Shown: in pieces, positions 19,358-28,836 of the stretch
How the letters are laid out: each line of letters starts with the position of its first letter
Numbering within the stretch: the stretch's first letter is position 1
NCBI GenBank assembly: GCA_963976765.1
Contig: CAXBME010000009.1
Span: forward strand, 62,001-126,000
DNA length: 64,000 nucleotides
From: an uncultured Planctomycetaceae bacterium
GTDB lineage: Bacteria > Planctomycetota > Planctomycetia > Planctomycetales > Planctomycetaceae
Direction of reading: 5' to 3'
Program-made: the position numbers and the translations under genes
The notes under the pieces: generated by a model
What the model was told of the DNA's origin: nothing
Database searches by the model: none
Seen by the model: the letters and a program-made list of their open reading frames with translations, nothing else

Positions 19358-22126
19358 ATGAGTATTCGCCCTGTTATTACGCCCGCCGGTCACCTGATTG
19401 TCGAATCCGTTGAGAATTCCGACGGTGGCCGTACAACGTCTAAAACAGAATCGTTGAGGGAGCTGCTGGCGGCGTTTGAAGTTTCGGGTGCGGCGGGGTT
19501 GCTGAGTCTGGCGTCGGGAAATCTGCGGACGGAATTGCCGGCGGAGTTTGTCTTCTGGCGCGAGTTTGCTCAGCAGTTCTTTCACGGGTTGTGCGGGCTG
19601 GGCGAAGAGGAACTGCGGCAGGCGGTCTCCTCCAGTAGAGCCCAATCGGCAGGAACGGTTCAGCCTCCGCACGAGCTGACTCTGATCGGCCTGATCGAGA
19701 ACGCTCCGCCGATGCGCGGGCTGGAGTATCTCACACCGGATGTGCTGCGAAGTTTGTGGAACGACCTTCAGTCGATGGTGCTCAAACAGGCGGCGGCTCA
19801 CAGCGAAGGCCCGGTCGCTTATGTCCAGCGTCTTAATCCATTGTGGAATCTGCTCGGTCGAGTGACGTTTCATCTGGCCGAAAACAAACGAGACCCCAAT
19901 CGACCGTTCGCCTTCCTGGCAACGTACACACATCGGATGTCGGCCAAAGCGAAGCTGCAGCACCTGCCGCTGGCCGAAGCTCTGAAGCAGTACGCCGGTG
20001 AGAAAAATCAGGCAAAGCTGGTCGCACTGCTGGAACCGGTGCAGAAAGCCGCCGCGAAGAGCGAGCTGGTTCGCGAGATGCTGGACTCGCGGCAACTTTT
20101 TCAGCCGCAGGCTCTGACAATCCGTCAGGCTCACCGCTTTCTGACCAGTGTTCCGCAGATGGAAGAGGCCGGCCTTGTCGTGCGAGTTCCCGACTGGTGG
20201 AAAGCTCGGCAATCAACGCGGCCGGAAGTGCAGGTGCGCATCGGTCAGAAGGAGTCGAGTCAGGTTGGCATGGACAGTCTGCTGGACTTTAGGAGCGAAC
20301 TGGTACTCGACGGCGAGCCACTGACTGACGAAGAGCGGCAGCAGATTCTGAACGTGACGGATGGTCTGTCGTGGTTGCGTGGCAAATGGGTCGAGGTCGA
20401 TCAGGAGAAACTTCAGCAGGCACTCGAACACTGGAGCCAGGTCGAGCAACAGTTTGCGAACGGCGTCGACTTCATTCAGGGAATGCGGATGCTGGCCGGC
20501 GTGCGGCTCGGCAAGGACGCAGCCGATGACGCGACGATCGGCTGGACGCGAGTGACCGCCGGCGACTGGCTGAACGACACGCTGCAACAGTTGCGCGACC
20601 CCTCGGGTGTCGTCGGCTGCGAACCCGGTCGCGACCTGAACGCCACGCTGCGACCCTACCAGGTCGACGGAGTCCGCTGGCTGTGGTTCATGACTCGGCT
20701 GGGTCTGGGCGCGTGCCTGGCCGACGACATGGGACTCGGGAAAACGATTCAGATCATCGATCTGCTGCTGACACTGAAGAGCGAAGATCGCCCGTCATAC
20801 GGCGAGAACACCCAGCAACAGCTTACACAAACGAGTCTGCTGATCGTGCCGGCGTCGCTGGTCGGCAACTGGAAAAGTGAGTTCGAACGCTTCGCTCCGA
20901 CGCTGCGCGTTCTGTACGCACACCGCTCCGAATGTGACGCCGACACGCTGACAAAGATCGCAAAGTCGCCCGACAAAGAACTGGCCAACTGCGACGTCGT
21001 TCTCACAACGTACGGACTGGCTCGGCGACTGGACTGGCTGTCGAAACTCGACTGGCGACTGATCGTGCTGGACGAAGCGCAAGCAATCAAGAACGCGTCG
21101 TCGGCTCAGGCAAAGTCGATCCGCAAACTGAAATCGTCAGGCCGGATCGCGCTGTCGGGGACGCCGGTCGAAAACCATCTCGGAGAACTGTGGTCGCTGT
21201 TCGATTTCTGCTGTCCGGGTCTGCTGGGCAACGCGACGCAGTTCAGAAACTTTGTGAAAGCTCAGAACAAGCGACAGGACACGCAGGCGTACGGAGCGTT
21301 GCGGAAGCTGGTGCGACCTTACCTGCTGCGGAGACTGAAGACCGATCCGGGCATCGTTCCGGACCTGCCTGAGAAAACCGAGATGCGAGTGGAATGCGGA
21401 CTTTCGAAAAAGCAGGTCGCGCTTTACGAAAAGACATTGAAGGATCTGGAAAAGCAACTTGAGTCAAAAGACGGCATGGAGCGTCGCGGCCTGGTTCTCA
21501 CGACACTGATGCAGCTCAAACAAATCTGTAATCACGCGTCGCAGTTCCTTCGGCAGGACGACTACGATCTGAAAGACAGCGGAAAGTTTCAGAGACTGCA
21601 GCAAATCTGCCAGCCAATTATTGAGCGGCAGGAACGCGTGCTGATCTTCACGCAGTTTCAGTCAATGACCGAGCCCCTGGCGGAGTTTCTGTCGGGAGTT
21701 TTCGGCCGAACGGGACTGGTGCTGCACGGCGGTGTCGCGGTCAAAAACCGCAAACAACTGGTCGCTGAATTCCAGACGGACGACGGGCCGCCGTTCTTTG
21801 TGATCTCGGTCAAAGCCGGCGGAACGGGACTCAACCTGACAGCCGCGTCGCACGTCGTCCACTTTGATCGCTGGTGGAATCCGGCGGTCGAAAATCAAGC
21901 CACCGACCGAGCCTTCCGCATCGGCCAGAAAAAGAACGTGCTGGTGCACAAGTTTGTCTGCCGAGGCACCGTCGAAGAACGCATCGATCAAATGATTCGA
22001 GACAAGCAGGAGCTGGCTGATGAAATTCTCAGCGGCGGCGGCGAGACGCAACTCACCGAAATGAGCGACCGTGAGTTGCTCGATTTCGTATCGATTGATC
22101 TGTCGCGAGCGTCAAGCGAGGACTGA
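19358..22126 (+). CDS. SNF2-family helicase-like ATPase
   Basis: Motifs LRPYQ, LADDMGLGKT, LDEAQAIKN, SGTPVEN, GGTGLNLT and WWNPAVENQATDRAFRIGQ. Confidence 0.95.
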   Translation: MSIRPVITPAGHLIVESVENSDGGRTTSKTESLRELLAAFEVSGAAGLLSLASGNLRTELPAEFVFWREFAQQFFHGLCGLGEEELRQAVSSSRAQSAGTVQPPHELTLIGLIENAPPMRGLEYLTPDVLRSLWNDLQSMVLKQAAAHSEGPVAYVQRLNPLWNLLGRVTFHLAENKRDPNRPFAFLATYTHRMSAKAKLQHLPLAEALKQYAGEKNQAKLVALLEPVQKAAAKSELVREMLDSRQLFQPQALTIRQAHRFLTSVPQMEEAGLVVRVPDWWKARQSTRPEVQVRIGQKESSQVGMDSLLDFRSELVLDGEPLTDEERQQILNVTDGLSWLRGKWVEVDQEKLQQALEHWSQVEQQFANGVDFIQGMRMLAGVRLGKDAADDATIGWTRVTAGDWLNDTLQQLRDPSGVVGCEPGRDLNATLRPYQVDGVRWLWFMTRLGLGACLADDMGLGKTIQIIDLLLTLKSEDRPSYGENTQQQLTQTSLLIVPASLVGNWKSEFERFAPTLRVLYAHRSECDADTLTKIAKSPDKELANCDVVLTTYGLARRLDWLSKLDWRLIVLDEAQAIKNASSAQAKSIRKLKSSGRIALSGTPVENHLGELWSLFDFCCPGLLGNATQFRNFVKAQNKRQDTQAYGALRKLVRPYLLRRLKTDPGIVPDLPEKTEMRVECGLSKKQVALYEKTLKDLEKQLESKDGMERRGLVLTTLMQLKQICNHASQFLRQDDYDLKDSGKFQRLQQICQPIIERQERVLIFTQFQSMTEPLAEFLSGVFGRTGLVLHGGVAVKNRKQLVAEFQTDDGPPFFVISVKAGGTGLNLTAASHVVHFDRWWNPAVENQATDRAFRIGQKKNVLVHKFVCRGTVEERIDQMIRDKQELADEILSGGGETQLTEMSDRELLDFVSIDLSRASSED

Positions 22127-22158
22127 TCATTGAGCTTTCATCAGCAAGGAAGGCAAAC

Positions 22159-23115
22159 ATGTCGTGGGATTATGGATATCGCGAATACGTGCCGGTTGAC
22201 GTGCGGAAAGCTCAGGCGCACCGAGTCGCATCAGAGCGAGCAAGACGGCAGAGTCGGGACGTTCAGCCGGTAGCGATCAACGGAAAGAAGATTGCCACCA
22301 CGTTCTGGGGCAAGGCTTGGTGCGACCATCTGGAAAGTTACAGCGATTACGCCAACCGATTGCCTCGAGGCCGCACTTACGCCCGGAATGGCTCGGTCGT
22401 TGATCTTGATATTCAGGCCGGTCGAGTGGACGCGATCGTTGCCGGTTCGGAAGCCTACCGAGTCAAAATTCAGATCGATCGTTTGAAAGCCGCCGACTGG
22501 AAGAAGATCCGCAACGATTGTTCGGCATCGATTGACTCGTTGCTCGACCTGCTTGGCGGGCGGTTTTCTGACGGAGTCATGAAGCGTTTAACTCGTCGCC
22601 CGGATGGACTGTTTCCAGACTTCGAAGAAATCAAGATGGAATGCAGTTGCCCGGACTGGGCAGGACTGTGCAAGCATCTGGCCGCCGTGTTGTACGGAAT
22701 CGGCGCTCACCTGGATAAACGGCCCGAGCTGCTGTTCCTGCTGCGCGACGTCGATCACACCGAACTGGTCAGCGAGGCGGTTTCTACAGACAACCTGTCG
22801 ACGGCGTTCGGCGAACCTGCTTCCACTCTTGTCGGTGAAGATCTGGGAGCGATGTTCGGCATCGATCTGGACGTCTCCTCTGCCGCGACAGAGTCAGGAG
22901 CCTCACCAAAAAAGCGTCGTTCACCGGTGAAGAAAAAGGCCGTAAAAAAGAAAGCGGCTACGAAGAAAGCATCCAGGAAGAAATCGGCAAAGAAGAACTC
23001 CGCTACGGAAAAGTCCACGACCAAAGCAGCGAAGAAAAAAACTGCAAAGAAAAAAACTACCCGGAAGAAAGTCGCTCGAACCAGAGTGGCGAAGAAAAAT
23101 CAGCCGCTGAACTGA
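22159..23115 (+). CDS. SWIM zinc-finger protein with Lys/Ala-rich C-terminal tail
   Basis: RLPRGRTYARNGSV and the SWIM motif CSCPDWAGLCKH, followed by a KKKAVKKKAATKK tail. Confidence 0.9.
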   Translation: MSWDYGYREYVPVDVRKAQAHRVASERARRQSRDVQPVAINGKKIATTFWGKAWCDHLESYSDYANRLPRGRTYARNGSVVDLDIQAGRVDAIVAGSEAYRVKIQIDRLKAADWKKIRNDCSASIDSLLDLLGGRFSDGVMKRLTRRPDGLFPDFEEIKMECSCPDWAGLCKHLAAVLYGIGAHLDKRPELLFLLRDVDHTELVSEAVSTDNLSTAFGEPASTLVGEDLGAMFGIDLDVSSAATESGASPKKRRSPVKKKAVKKKAATKKASRKKSAKKNSATEKSTTKAAKKKTAKKKTTRKKVARTRVAKKNQPLN

Positions 23116-23220
23116 TGCGCTTTCGGAATTCGTTTTCAGCGCCCGGCAGGATGGCCACCAGGGAAACAATGGCTATCCCTGGGACCGACTCCTGCGCAGA
23201 AACCATGAAGATGGTCTAGT
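23112..23220. mobile_element. MITE-like dispersed repeat, copy A
   Basis: Ungapped match to 34706-34808 (19 mismatches in 103 nt by manual alignment), an internal hairpin, and a GAAGATGGTCTAG end. Confidence 0.7.
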
Positions 23221-23542
23221 TGCCTCGAAAGATGCCAAGAACAAACCCGCGATCCAGCAGCCCCATACTTTCCGCAATCTGAGCACCCGGACTGAGGTCC
23301 ATGTAAAGCTCGGCCACGTTGCCAGCCGTTTCGCGAACGGGCTGCAAGAGGCCGCCCTGACGTTGAACAGGTTGCTGGTACGTGTAGACCTGCTGCTGCG
23401 GAGCCGGCGCGTAGTAAGCTGGCTGCGAGTACGAATAGTCATCTTCGAAATGGAAGAACAGGAAGTCCCCGGCGGACGCATTCTGATCAGTCGTCAGAAC
23501 CAGTCCCGCAACGAGGGCCAGCAAAGCAGTCATTTTTTTCAT
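23216..23542 (-). CDS. Small secreted hypothetical protein
   Basis: Signal peptide MKKMTALLALVAGLVL...ASA followed by a Tyr/Gln/Pro-rich region. Confidence 0.65.
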   Translation of the reverse strand: MKKMTALLALVAGLVLTTDQNASAGDFLFFHFEDDYSYSQPAYYAPAPQQQVYTYQQPVQRQGGLLQPVRETAGNVAELYMDLSPGAQIAESMGLLDRGFVLGIFRGN

Positions 23543-23773
23543 GATCGAGTCTCCAGAACAGGCGAACGGTTGAACGCGTCCATCCTTTCCTTCGTGCGTG
23601 ACTCTTTGCCAAACATGTTTCGACACAAGCCTGCGTTAACGGCAACAAAGTGCCAGTCCGAACTGACTGGCAGTTAGCAACGACTGTGCGACATCTGCTG
23701 AGTAGTGGTGTTCTCGATTCGGTCGCTCCAGTCTCGATCGCCTGGACCCATCACAATCCCGAAGTTTTTGAAT

Positions 23774-24931
23774 TCACAAGCCGATAATGGTCGGCGCTTC
23801 GCGCCAGTCGGCGGCGGGGCGACCAAAGTAGAAGCCTTGAGCCAGCTCGAAGCCAAGATGCAGGCAGGTTTCGGATTCCGCTGATGTTTCGATACCTTCG
23901 GCGAGTGGTGAAATTCCGAAATCACGAACCATTTCGACCAGCGTACGAACCATCGTGTGCCTCTTGGGTGAAGCGCTGTCAATGTTTCGGACGAGCGAGA
24001 TGTCGAACTTCAAAACGTCCGGCGGCACTTCGACGAGATCAAGCATTCGAGCCTGTCCAGCGCCGAAGTCGTCGTAGGCAAGTTCTATGTTGAGATCGTT
24101 GAGCTGACAGCGGAGTTCAGCCATGGCATTCAGGTCGGTGACTGCGGCTTCGTGAATCTCGAGACTGATTGACTGCTCAGGAGCTGAAGCACGGAGTTCC
24201 TCAAGAGACCGAATCAGTCGATCGCCCTGCAGTTCCATGGGATGAGTGTTGAGGTACAGCGTCTGATCGCGTGGCATGTCGACGCAATTCTGCACTCCAG
24301 CAACTCGGCTGGCTTCGCTGAGATCGTGTTCTCGATCGAGCTGTGCGGCTGTGTCAAACATCTCGCGTGGCGTCGGAAACTCGGGTAACTGACTTCTTGC
24401 CAGAACTTCGAAGCCGACTGTTGAAACATCTGACAGTTTTACAATTGGCTGGTAGTGAGGAATCAGACCATTTCCGCTAACGAGTGATTCAAATGCCAGC
24501 AATCGTGACGTTAACTCGCGACCGCTCCAATGGACCGTACCGCGACCGTCCTCTTCGACACGGCAACGGACGCGAAACTCGGCGCCACCAAACTGAATCA
24601 CGTCACCCTCAGAGAGAACGACATCTGATCTGATTTGTCGACCATTGACGAAAGTACCGTTTGTGCTGCCAAGGTCGCGAAGGAACAAAGCGCTGGTTGT
24701 CTTGACGAATTCAGCATGGGCTCCTGAAACGGTTGGCCAGGCAACTCGCAGGTCACAGGTAGATCGGCGACCGACGCGAAATTGTGGCTTGCTGATCACC
24801 GTTTCACGAGTTCGGTCACCTTCGGCAATCGCCCCGCAAAGATACCATTCCACATCTTCCAGACAGGTATCTCGCGGGCGTTCGATGTCGGCAATCATCT
24901 GCATCTCAGAACTTCTCACTGAGCGGTCCAC
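23774..24931 (-). CDS. FHA domain + EAL c-di-GMP phosphodiesterase
   Basis: FHA motifs VGRR, VSGAHA and DLGSTNGTFVNG. EAL motifs YQPIV, FEVLAR, YDDFGAG, KFD, AEGIET and QGFYF. Confidence 0.92.
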   Translation of the reverse strand: MDRSVRSSEMQMIADIERPRDTCLEDVEWYLCGAIAEGDRTRETVISKPQFRVGRRSTCDLRVAWPTVSGAHAEFVKTTSALFLRDLGSTNGTFVNGRQIRSDVVLSEGDVIQFGGAEFRVRCRVEEDGRGTVHWSGRELTSRLLAFESLVSGNGLIPHYQPIVKLSDVSTVGFEVLARSQLPEFPTPREMFDTAAQLDREHDLSEASRVAGVQNCVDMPRDQTLYLNTHPMELQGDRLIRSLEELRASAPEQSISLEIHEAAVTDLNAMAELRCQLNDLNIELAYDDFGAGQARMLDLVEVPPDVLKFDISLVRNIDSASPKRHTMVRTLVEMVRDFGISPLAEGIETSAESETCLHLGFELAQGFYFGRPAADWREAPTIIGL

Positions 24932-25225
24932 CGCAACACTGAAGTGCCCTCCTGCAAGTGCTGCCAGCCTTTACCTTAGGTCAGCGATTCCATCAGTCAA
25001 ACGCGAATCGGGTTGCTTAGTAACGAGTCGAGAATTGCTTCCCGAAAGTCAATTCAGAATTTGTTCCAACCTACTGTTCGAAATCGGGAATTTGCTTCCG
25101 AGACGCTGCTTGCCGAATCAAATGAAATAAATAGTGTGACGAATTTACGCCTCAGGGCGTGGCTTGTGACAAACTGAAATAACCACGGTGCCGTGTTTTT
25201 GAACGGCCACCAGGAACACTACTGT

Positions 25226-27445
25226 TTACTCATGACTCAGAAAGTCGGGCAGGTAGCTGTTCGGGGCCGAATCCTGTGTCTGCTCAGTGGACTCAGCATG
25301 ACGGAGTTCAATATATGAACCGCGTAGAAGCCGGTCTTCGTGGTCGTTGCCAGCTTCGATGATGATGGCTGATTTTTCGAGCAGGCCTTTCGCGGCGACG
25401 TTGATGCCGTGGCATCTGGTCTGGCAGAGTCCACAGCCGACGCACTTGTCGGAAATCAGCAGTGGAGCCAGTTGACCCGTGCCTTCAATCGGTTGGCCGA
25501 ATTCGTCAACTTCGGTACCAACCGCAACGAACTCCAGCGCGTCGTAGCCAGCAGCCGTGCATTCGTCGACGCAGAGCTGACAGGCTTCGCCATTAAACGG
25601 AAGGCAGGTTGACTCGTTGATGATCGCAAGTCCCATTCTCGCGTGACGTTTTTCTTCGAGCGGCAGCGCACGGATGGCTCCGGTCGGACAAACCTGCCCG
25701 CACGCGTTGCAGCTCGATGCACAGCCAGCCCAGTCAGCGACAACGTGCGGAGTCCACAATCCCTCCAGCCCCTGCTGAAAGCCGAGCGGCTGCAGCACGT
25801 CACTCGGGCATGACTGGAAACACTCACCACAGCGAATGCACATTTGAAGGAACTCAGCCTCGGGGACGCTGCCCGGAGGTCGAACCGGTCGCGGTCCATC
25901 GCCGTCAAGATTCGCACCGAGCGACTTCGTTCCGCCGGCAGCGAACAGGCCGCCAATAATTCCGGACGCCGTACCGACTGATGCAGACAGAAAGCCGCGA
26001 CGTCCGAGAGTCGTTTCGTTCGTTGGTGGATCGTTCTCGATCTTCAGCCCGGACACTTCCCAACGATCGACGAATTTGATGGCATGAGTCGGGCAGACTC
26101 CGCCACACGACTGACAGAAAGTGCAGTCGGTCGTGCGTGTTGTAAAGTCGGGTTTGATCGCGTCGAACGGGCAGATTTCGATGCACTTGTTGCAGTTGAT
26201 GCACGACGATTCGACCTTTCGCTCGGTCGCTCGTAACAGATTACCGAATGAAAAAACGGCACCGCTCGGGCAGACGTACTTGCACCAGAATCTCGGACGC
26301 AGCAGACCCAGACTCAACACCGCAAAGAACAGCACAACGCTGAGCACATGCCCGACACTCATTGGCGGCATCTGGTGCCAGCCAGTGGCCGCTCCGGTTT
26401 GAAGCGGACTCAAAGTGAAAAGCAGCCCGCGAGTGATCACCGGGATCGCCGAGAAGAGTCCACTTAACAACACGCCGCCAAAAGCCGCAACGATGATTCC
26501 CAGCAGAAGGTAATACTTAATGTGAACCCACCAGCCGTCGCCGGAAACTCGAAACCGCGTGACGCGCTTTCCGATCACCCAGTCGAAGAGGTCGATCAAC
26601 GTCCCGAGCGGGCACAGGTATCCGCAGAAGCCTCGCGGCACCATGACACACGCCGCGAGAATCATCCCAGCGCAGCCAAGCGACCACACCCACGACCGCG
26701 ACGCAATTCCTGTCGAAAGACTGACCAGCGGGTCAATCACGAGAAACAGTTCAGCCGCAATCGTTTCCTTGCGAGACAGATTGTCGGCGTAGTGCGACGG
26801 CCACGCGGCGGGATCCGCTTCGTGAATCGACCACGGACCAGGGCTGAGGGAGAGAACTTCAAACTGTGAACGTCCAACATTCACCATCGAACTTTGAACG
26901 TCGTCTGCCTGACGTTCGATGTTCGATATTGAACGTTCAATGTTGGACGTTCTCTTGAGCTGCAACCGTACTTCGCGATCGCTGACCGCCAGGACCTCGA
27001 ACCTCGAAATTGCCGGTTCACCAACCAGGCCTGCTGAGTCGTCTCGAACGAAGACGCCCTGCCCTGCTTCGAAAACAAAGTTCGCAGTAGCTTCTTCGTT
27101 GGCGATGACGAGAACAGAATCGGTTTCAAAGTCGAATTCGGCAGGAATCCATCCAGCAGAATTTCGCGCTGGCGTCGCGCTGTACGGCCAGCACGTTACA
27201 AAGAACAGCCAGAGGAATGTCACGAAACAAAGGCTCTGCACAATGCGACGGCCTGGAGCGGCCAGCCAGACGGGACCAAGCCGTCGCAGGAATCGTCGAA
27301 ACCATCCTCGTTGTTTCGTGACGTGGTTTGAGAAGAACGCCGCCGGCAGAACCTTACGAGCGGCGCGGGCGAGGCATCCAATCGGACGATCCGGGACGTC
27401 CGGCTTTGGCGAACGAAGAACGGGCAGGAACCAGTCGGCTCGCAT
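25226..27445 (-). CDS. Membrane-bound polyferredoxin (NapH/MauN-like fused to NapG/MauM-like)
   Basis: TM helices, two CxxxCP motifs (CGYLCPLG, CKYVCPSG), several CxxCxxCxxxCP clusters, and internal RRGFL and RPPG motifs. Confidence 0.88.
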   Translation of the reverse strand: MRADWFLPVLRSPKPDVPDRPIGCLARAARKVLPAAFFSNHVTKQRGWFRRFLRRLGPVWLAAPGRRIVQSLCFVTFLWLFFVTCWPYSATPARNSAGWIPAEFDFETDSVLVIANEEATANFVFEAGQGVFVRDDSAGLVGEPAISRFEVLAVSDREVRLQLKRTSNIERSISNIERQADDVQSSMVNVGRSQFEVLSLSPGPWSIHEADPAAWPSHYADNLSRKETIAAELFLVIDPLVSLSTGIASRSWVWSLGCAGMILAACVMVPRGFCGYLCPLGTLIDLFDWVIGKRVTRFRVSGDGWWVHIKYYLLLGIIVAAFGGVLLSGLFSAIPVITRGLLFTLSPLQTGAATGWHQMPPMSVGHVLSVVLFFAVLSLGLLRPRFWCKYVCPSGAVFSFGNLLRATERKVESSCINCNKCIEICPFDAIKPDFTTRTTDCTFCQSCGGVCPTHAIKFVDRWEVSGLKIENDPPTNETTLGRRGFLSASVGTASGIIGGLFAAGGTKSLGANLDGDGPRPVRPPGSVPEAEFLQMCIRCGECFQSCPSDVLQPLGFQQGLEGLWTPHVVADWAGCASSCNACGQVCPTGAIRALPLEEKRHARMGLAIINESTCLPFNGEACQLCVDECTAAGYDALEFVAVGTEVDEFGQPIEGTGQLAPLLISDKCVGCGLCQTRCHGINVAAKGLLEKSAIIIEAGNDHEDRLLRGSYIELRHAESTEQTQDSAPNSYLPDFLSHE
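26868..26952. repeat. 85-bp imperfect palindrome inside the 4Fe-4S gene
   Basis: GAACGTCCAACATT ... AATGTTGGACGTTC (14-bp perfect arms) with inner ATCGAAC/GTTCGAT and GAACGTC/GACGTTC pairs. Confidence 0.8.
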
Positions 27446-28731
27446 TATTTCAACCCGTCTGCAAGAGCTTTGGCCGTTGCGTTGATGATCGCTTCCGACG
27501 TGATCGTCGCGTTACTGGTGGCGTCGATGCCGGAAACCCTCTGTCTGGCAAGAATCTTTCGCGGAGTATCCGTCAGCGACGAGTAGTACTGCTTCTCCCG
27601 GTGCTGAGTGACGTTGACGGATTCGATGGTTCCCGATTTGACGACAACCTCGACATGAACCGGCGCTTCATAGCCGATGCTGTTGGCCGAGTATTTTCCG
27701 TCACGAACATTCTTCGGATCGAGCGTGTAGAACCTGATGGCTGCGAGACTGGCTTCGGCGCGAGCTTTGTCGCGTTTGCGATGCGGTTTGTCCGCTTCTG
27801 CGCTGGGGATGCCAGCGATGGCTCGACGATAATACTTTTCGGCATCGTCCAGTCTGCCCGCCACACGACAGGCGTCACCGGCGTAGAGAAACGACGTCGA
27901 TGCCTGACCGCTTTTCGCAAACGCTTCACCAAGTTTGACAGCAGCATCAGTCTCACCCAGGTCGCCAAGCAGCTTGATCGCCGAGTACGGTTTCCGTTTC
28001 ATCTTTGCGAGCACTTCCAGAGCCATCCTTTTGCTGCCGAGTTGCCAGTAACAATCGGCCAGAACGATCCCCTGTTGCGGTGCGTCGTCAAGTTGATTCT
28101 CAAGTCCCGAGAGGCGAAACCAGAATGCCGAGCGAGCGTAATCCTGCAGCAGGTTATGGTACATCGCGCCGAGAGTTCTCATCGCGCGCTGCCTCACGTC
28201 GTTGTCTTTGGTCGTGCTCAGAATGTGATGGATAAACTTCACACCCTCTTGCCACTTGTTTGCGTTCGGGTTGATCCGGTCCCAGATAAACTGCCCGACA
28301 TTCCGACTGCTGTTCCAGCCCTTCGGTGGTGGTTGTGGCCAGCTCAGATCCAAAGTCTTCGGGTAATTCAGAGGCGTCGTCTCGTACCAGTCTGGCGGTG
28401 CTTTACCCTGCTGATCGATTTCGGCGAGGATTTCTTCACGCGATCGTTCGATGCGACCGTCTGTTGCGGATTTGGTCGTCTGACCAGTCCGCATGTCAAT
28501 TCGTTTTCCGTCAACAACGATCGCCGTCACATCGCCTTTCGAGTATCGCCGCTGAATCGTCCGAGTGCCGATCTTCACCTCGACAATCACAACGTCACTC
28601 GAGTACGACTTGATCGTCCCCGTTGCTTTGGCTCCGGTCTTCAACTCAACCGTATCGATCGCACAGGTGATGGCAGGAAACGCGGCGACAACTACTGTCA
28701 CATAGACGAGACATCGGAACGTTGAGATCAT
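27445..28731 (-). CDS. Secreted TPR-like protein with C-terminal FMN-binding domain
   Basis: Signal peptide and C-terminal DGKYSANSIGYEAPVHVEVVVKSGTI...IDATSNATITSEAI flavinylation-type motif. The stop overlaps the next start (TAATG). Confidence 0.82.
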   Translation of the reverse strand: MISTFRCLVYVTVVVAAFPAITCAIDTVELKTGAKATGTIKSYSSDVVIVEVKIGTRTIQRRYSKGDVTAIVVDGKRIDMRTGQTTKSATDGRIERSREEILAEIDQQGKAPPDWYETTPLNYPKTLDLSWPQPPPKGWNSSRNVGQFIWDRINPNANKWQEGVKFIHHILSTTKDNDVRQRAMRTLGAMYHNLLQDYARSAFWFRLSGLENQLDDAPQQGIVLADCYWQLGSKRMALEVLAKMKRKPYSAIKLLGDLGETDAAVKLGEAFAKSGQASTSFLYAGDACRVAGRLDDAEKYYRRAIAGIPSAEADKPHRKRDKARAEASLAAIRFYTLDPKNVRDGKYSANSIGYEAPVHVEVVVKSGTIESVNVTQHREKQYYSSLTDTPRKILARQRVSGIDATSNATITSEAIINATAKALADGLK

Positions 28732-28836
28732 GGCGAAACTCCAGACGGGATGAACTCATGAGCGAGTCAGATGATACCCCGCTGCCGCCAGAAAAACTTC
28801 TTCACCTTCATTGCCTCACGTCCAGAATTGCACGCC

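Noticed and set aside
23560..23630. c-di-GMP-I riboswitch (GGCAAA...GAAA...GACGC on the minus strand) near the EAL gene
   Set aside because: It lacks the GCAAAG continuation and the paired stems.
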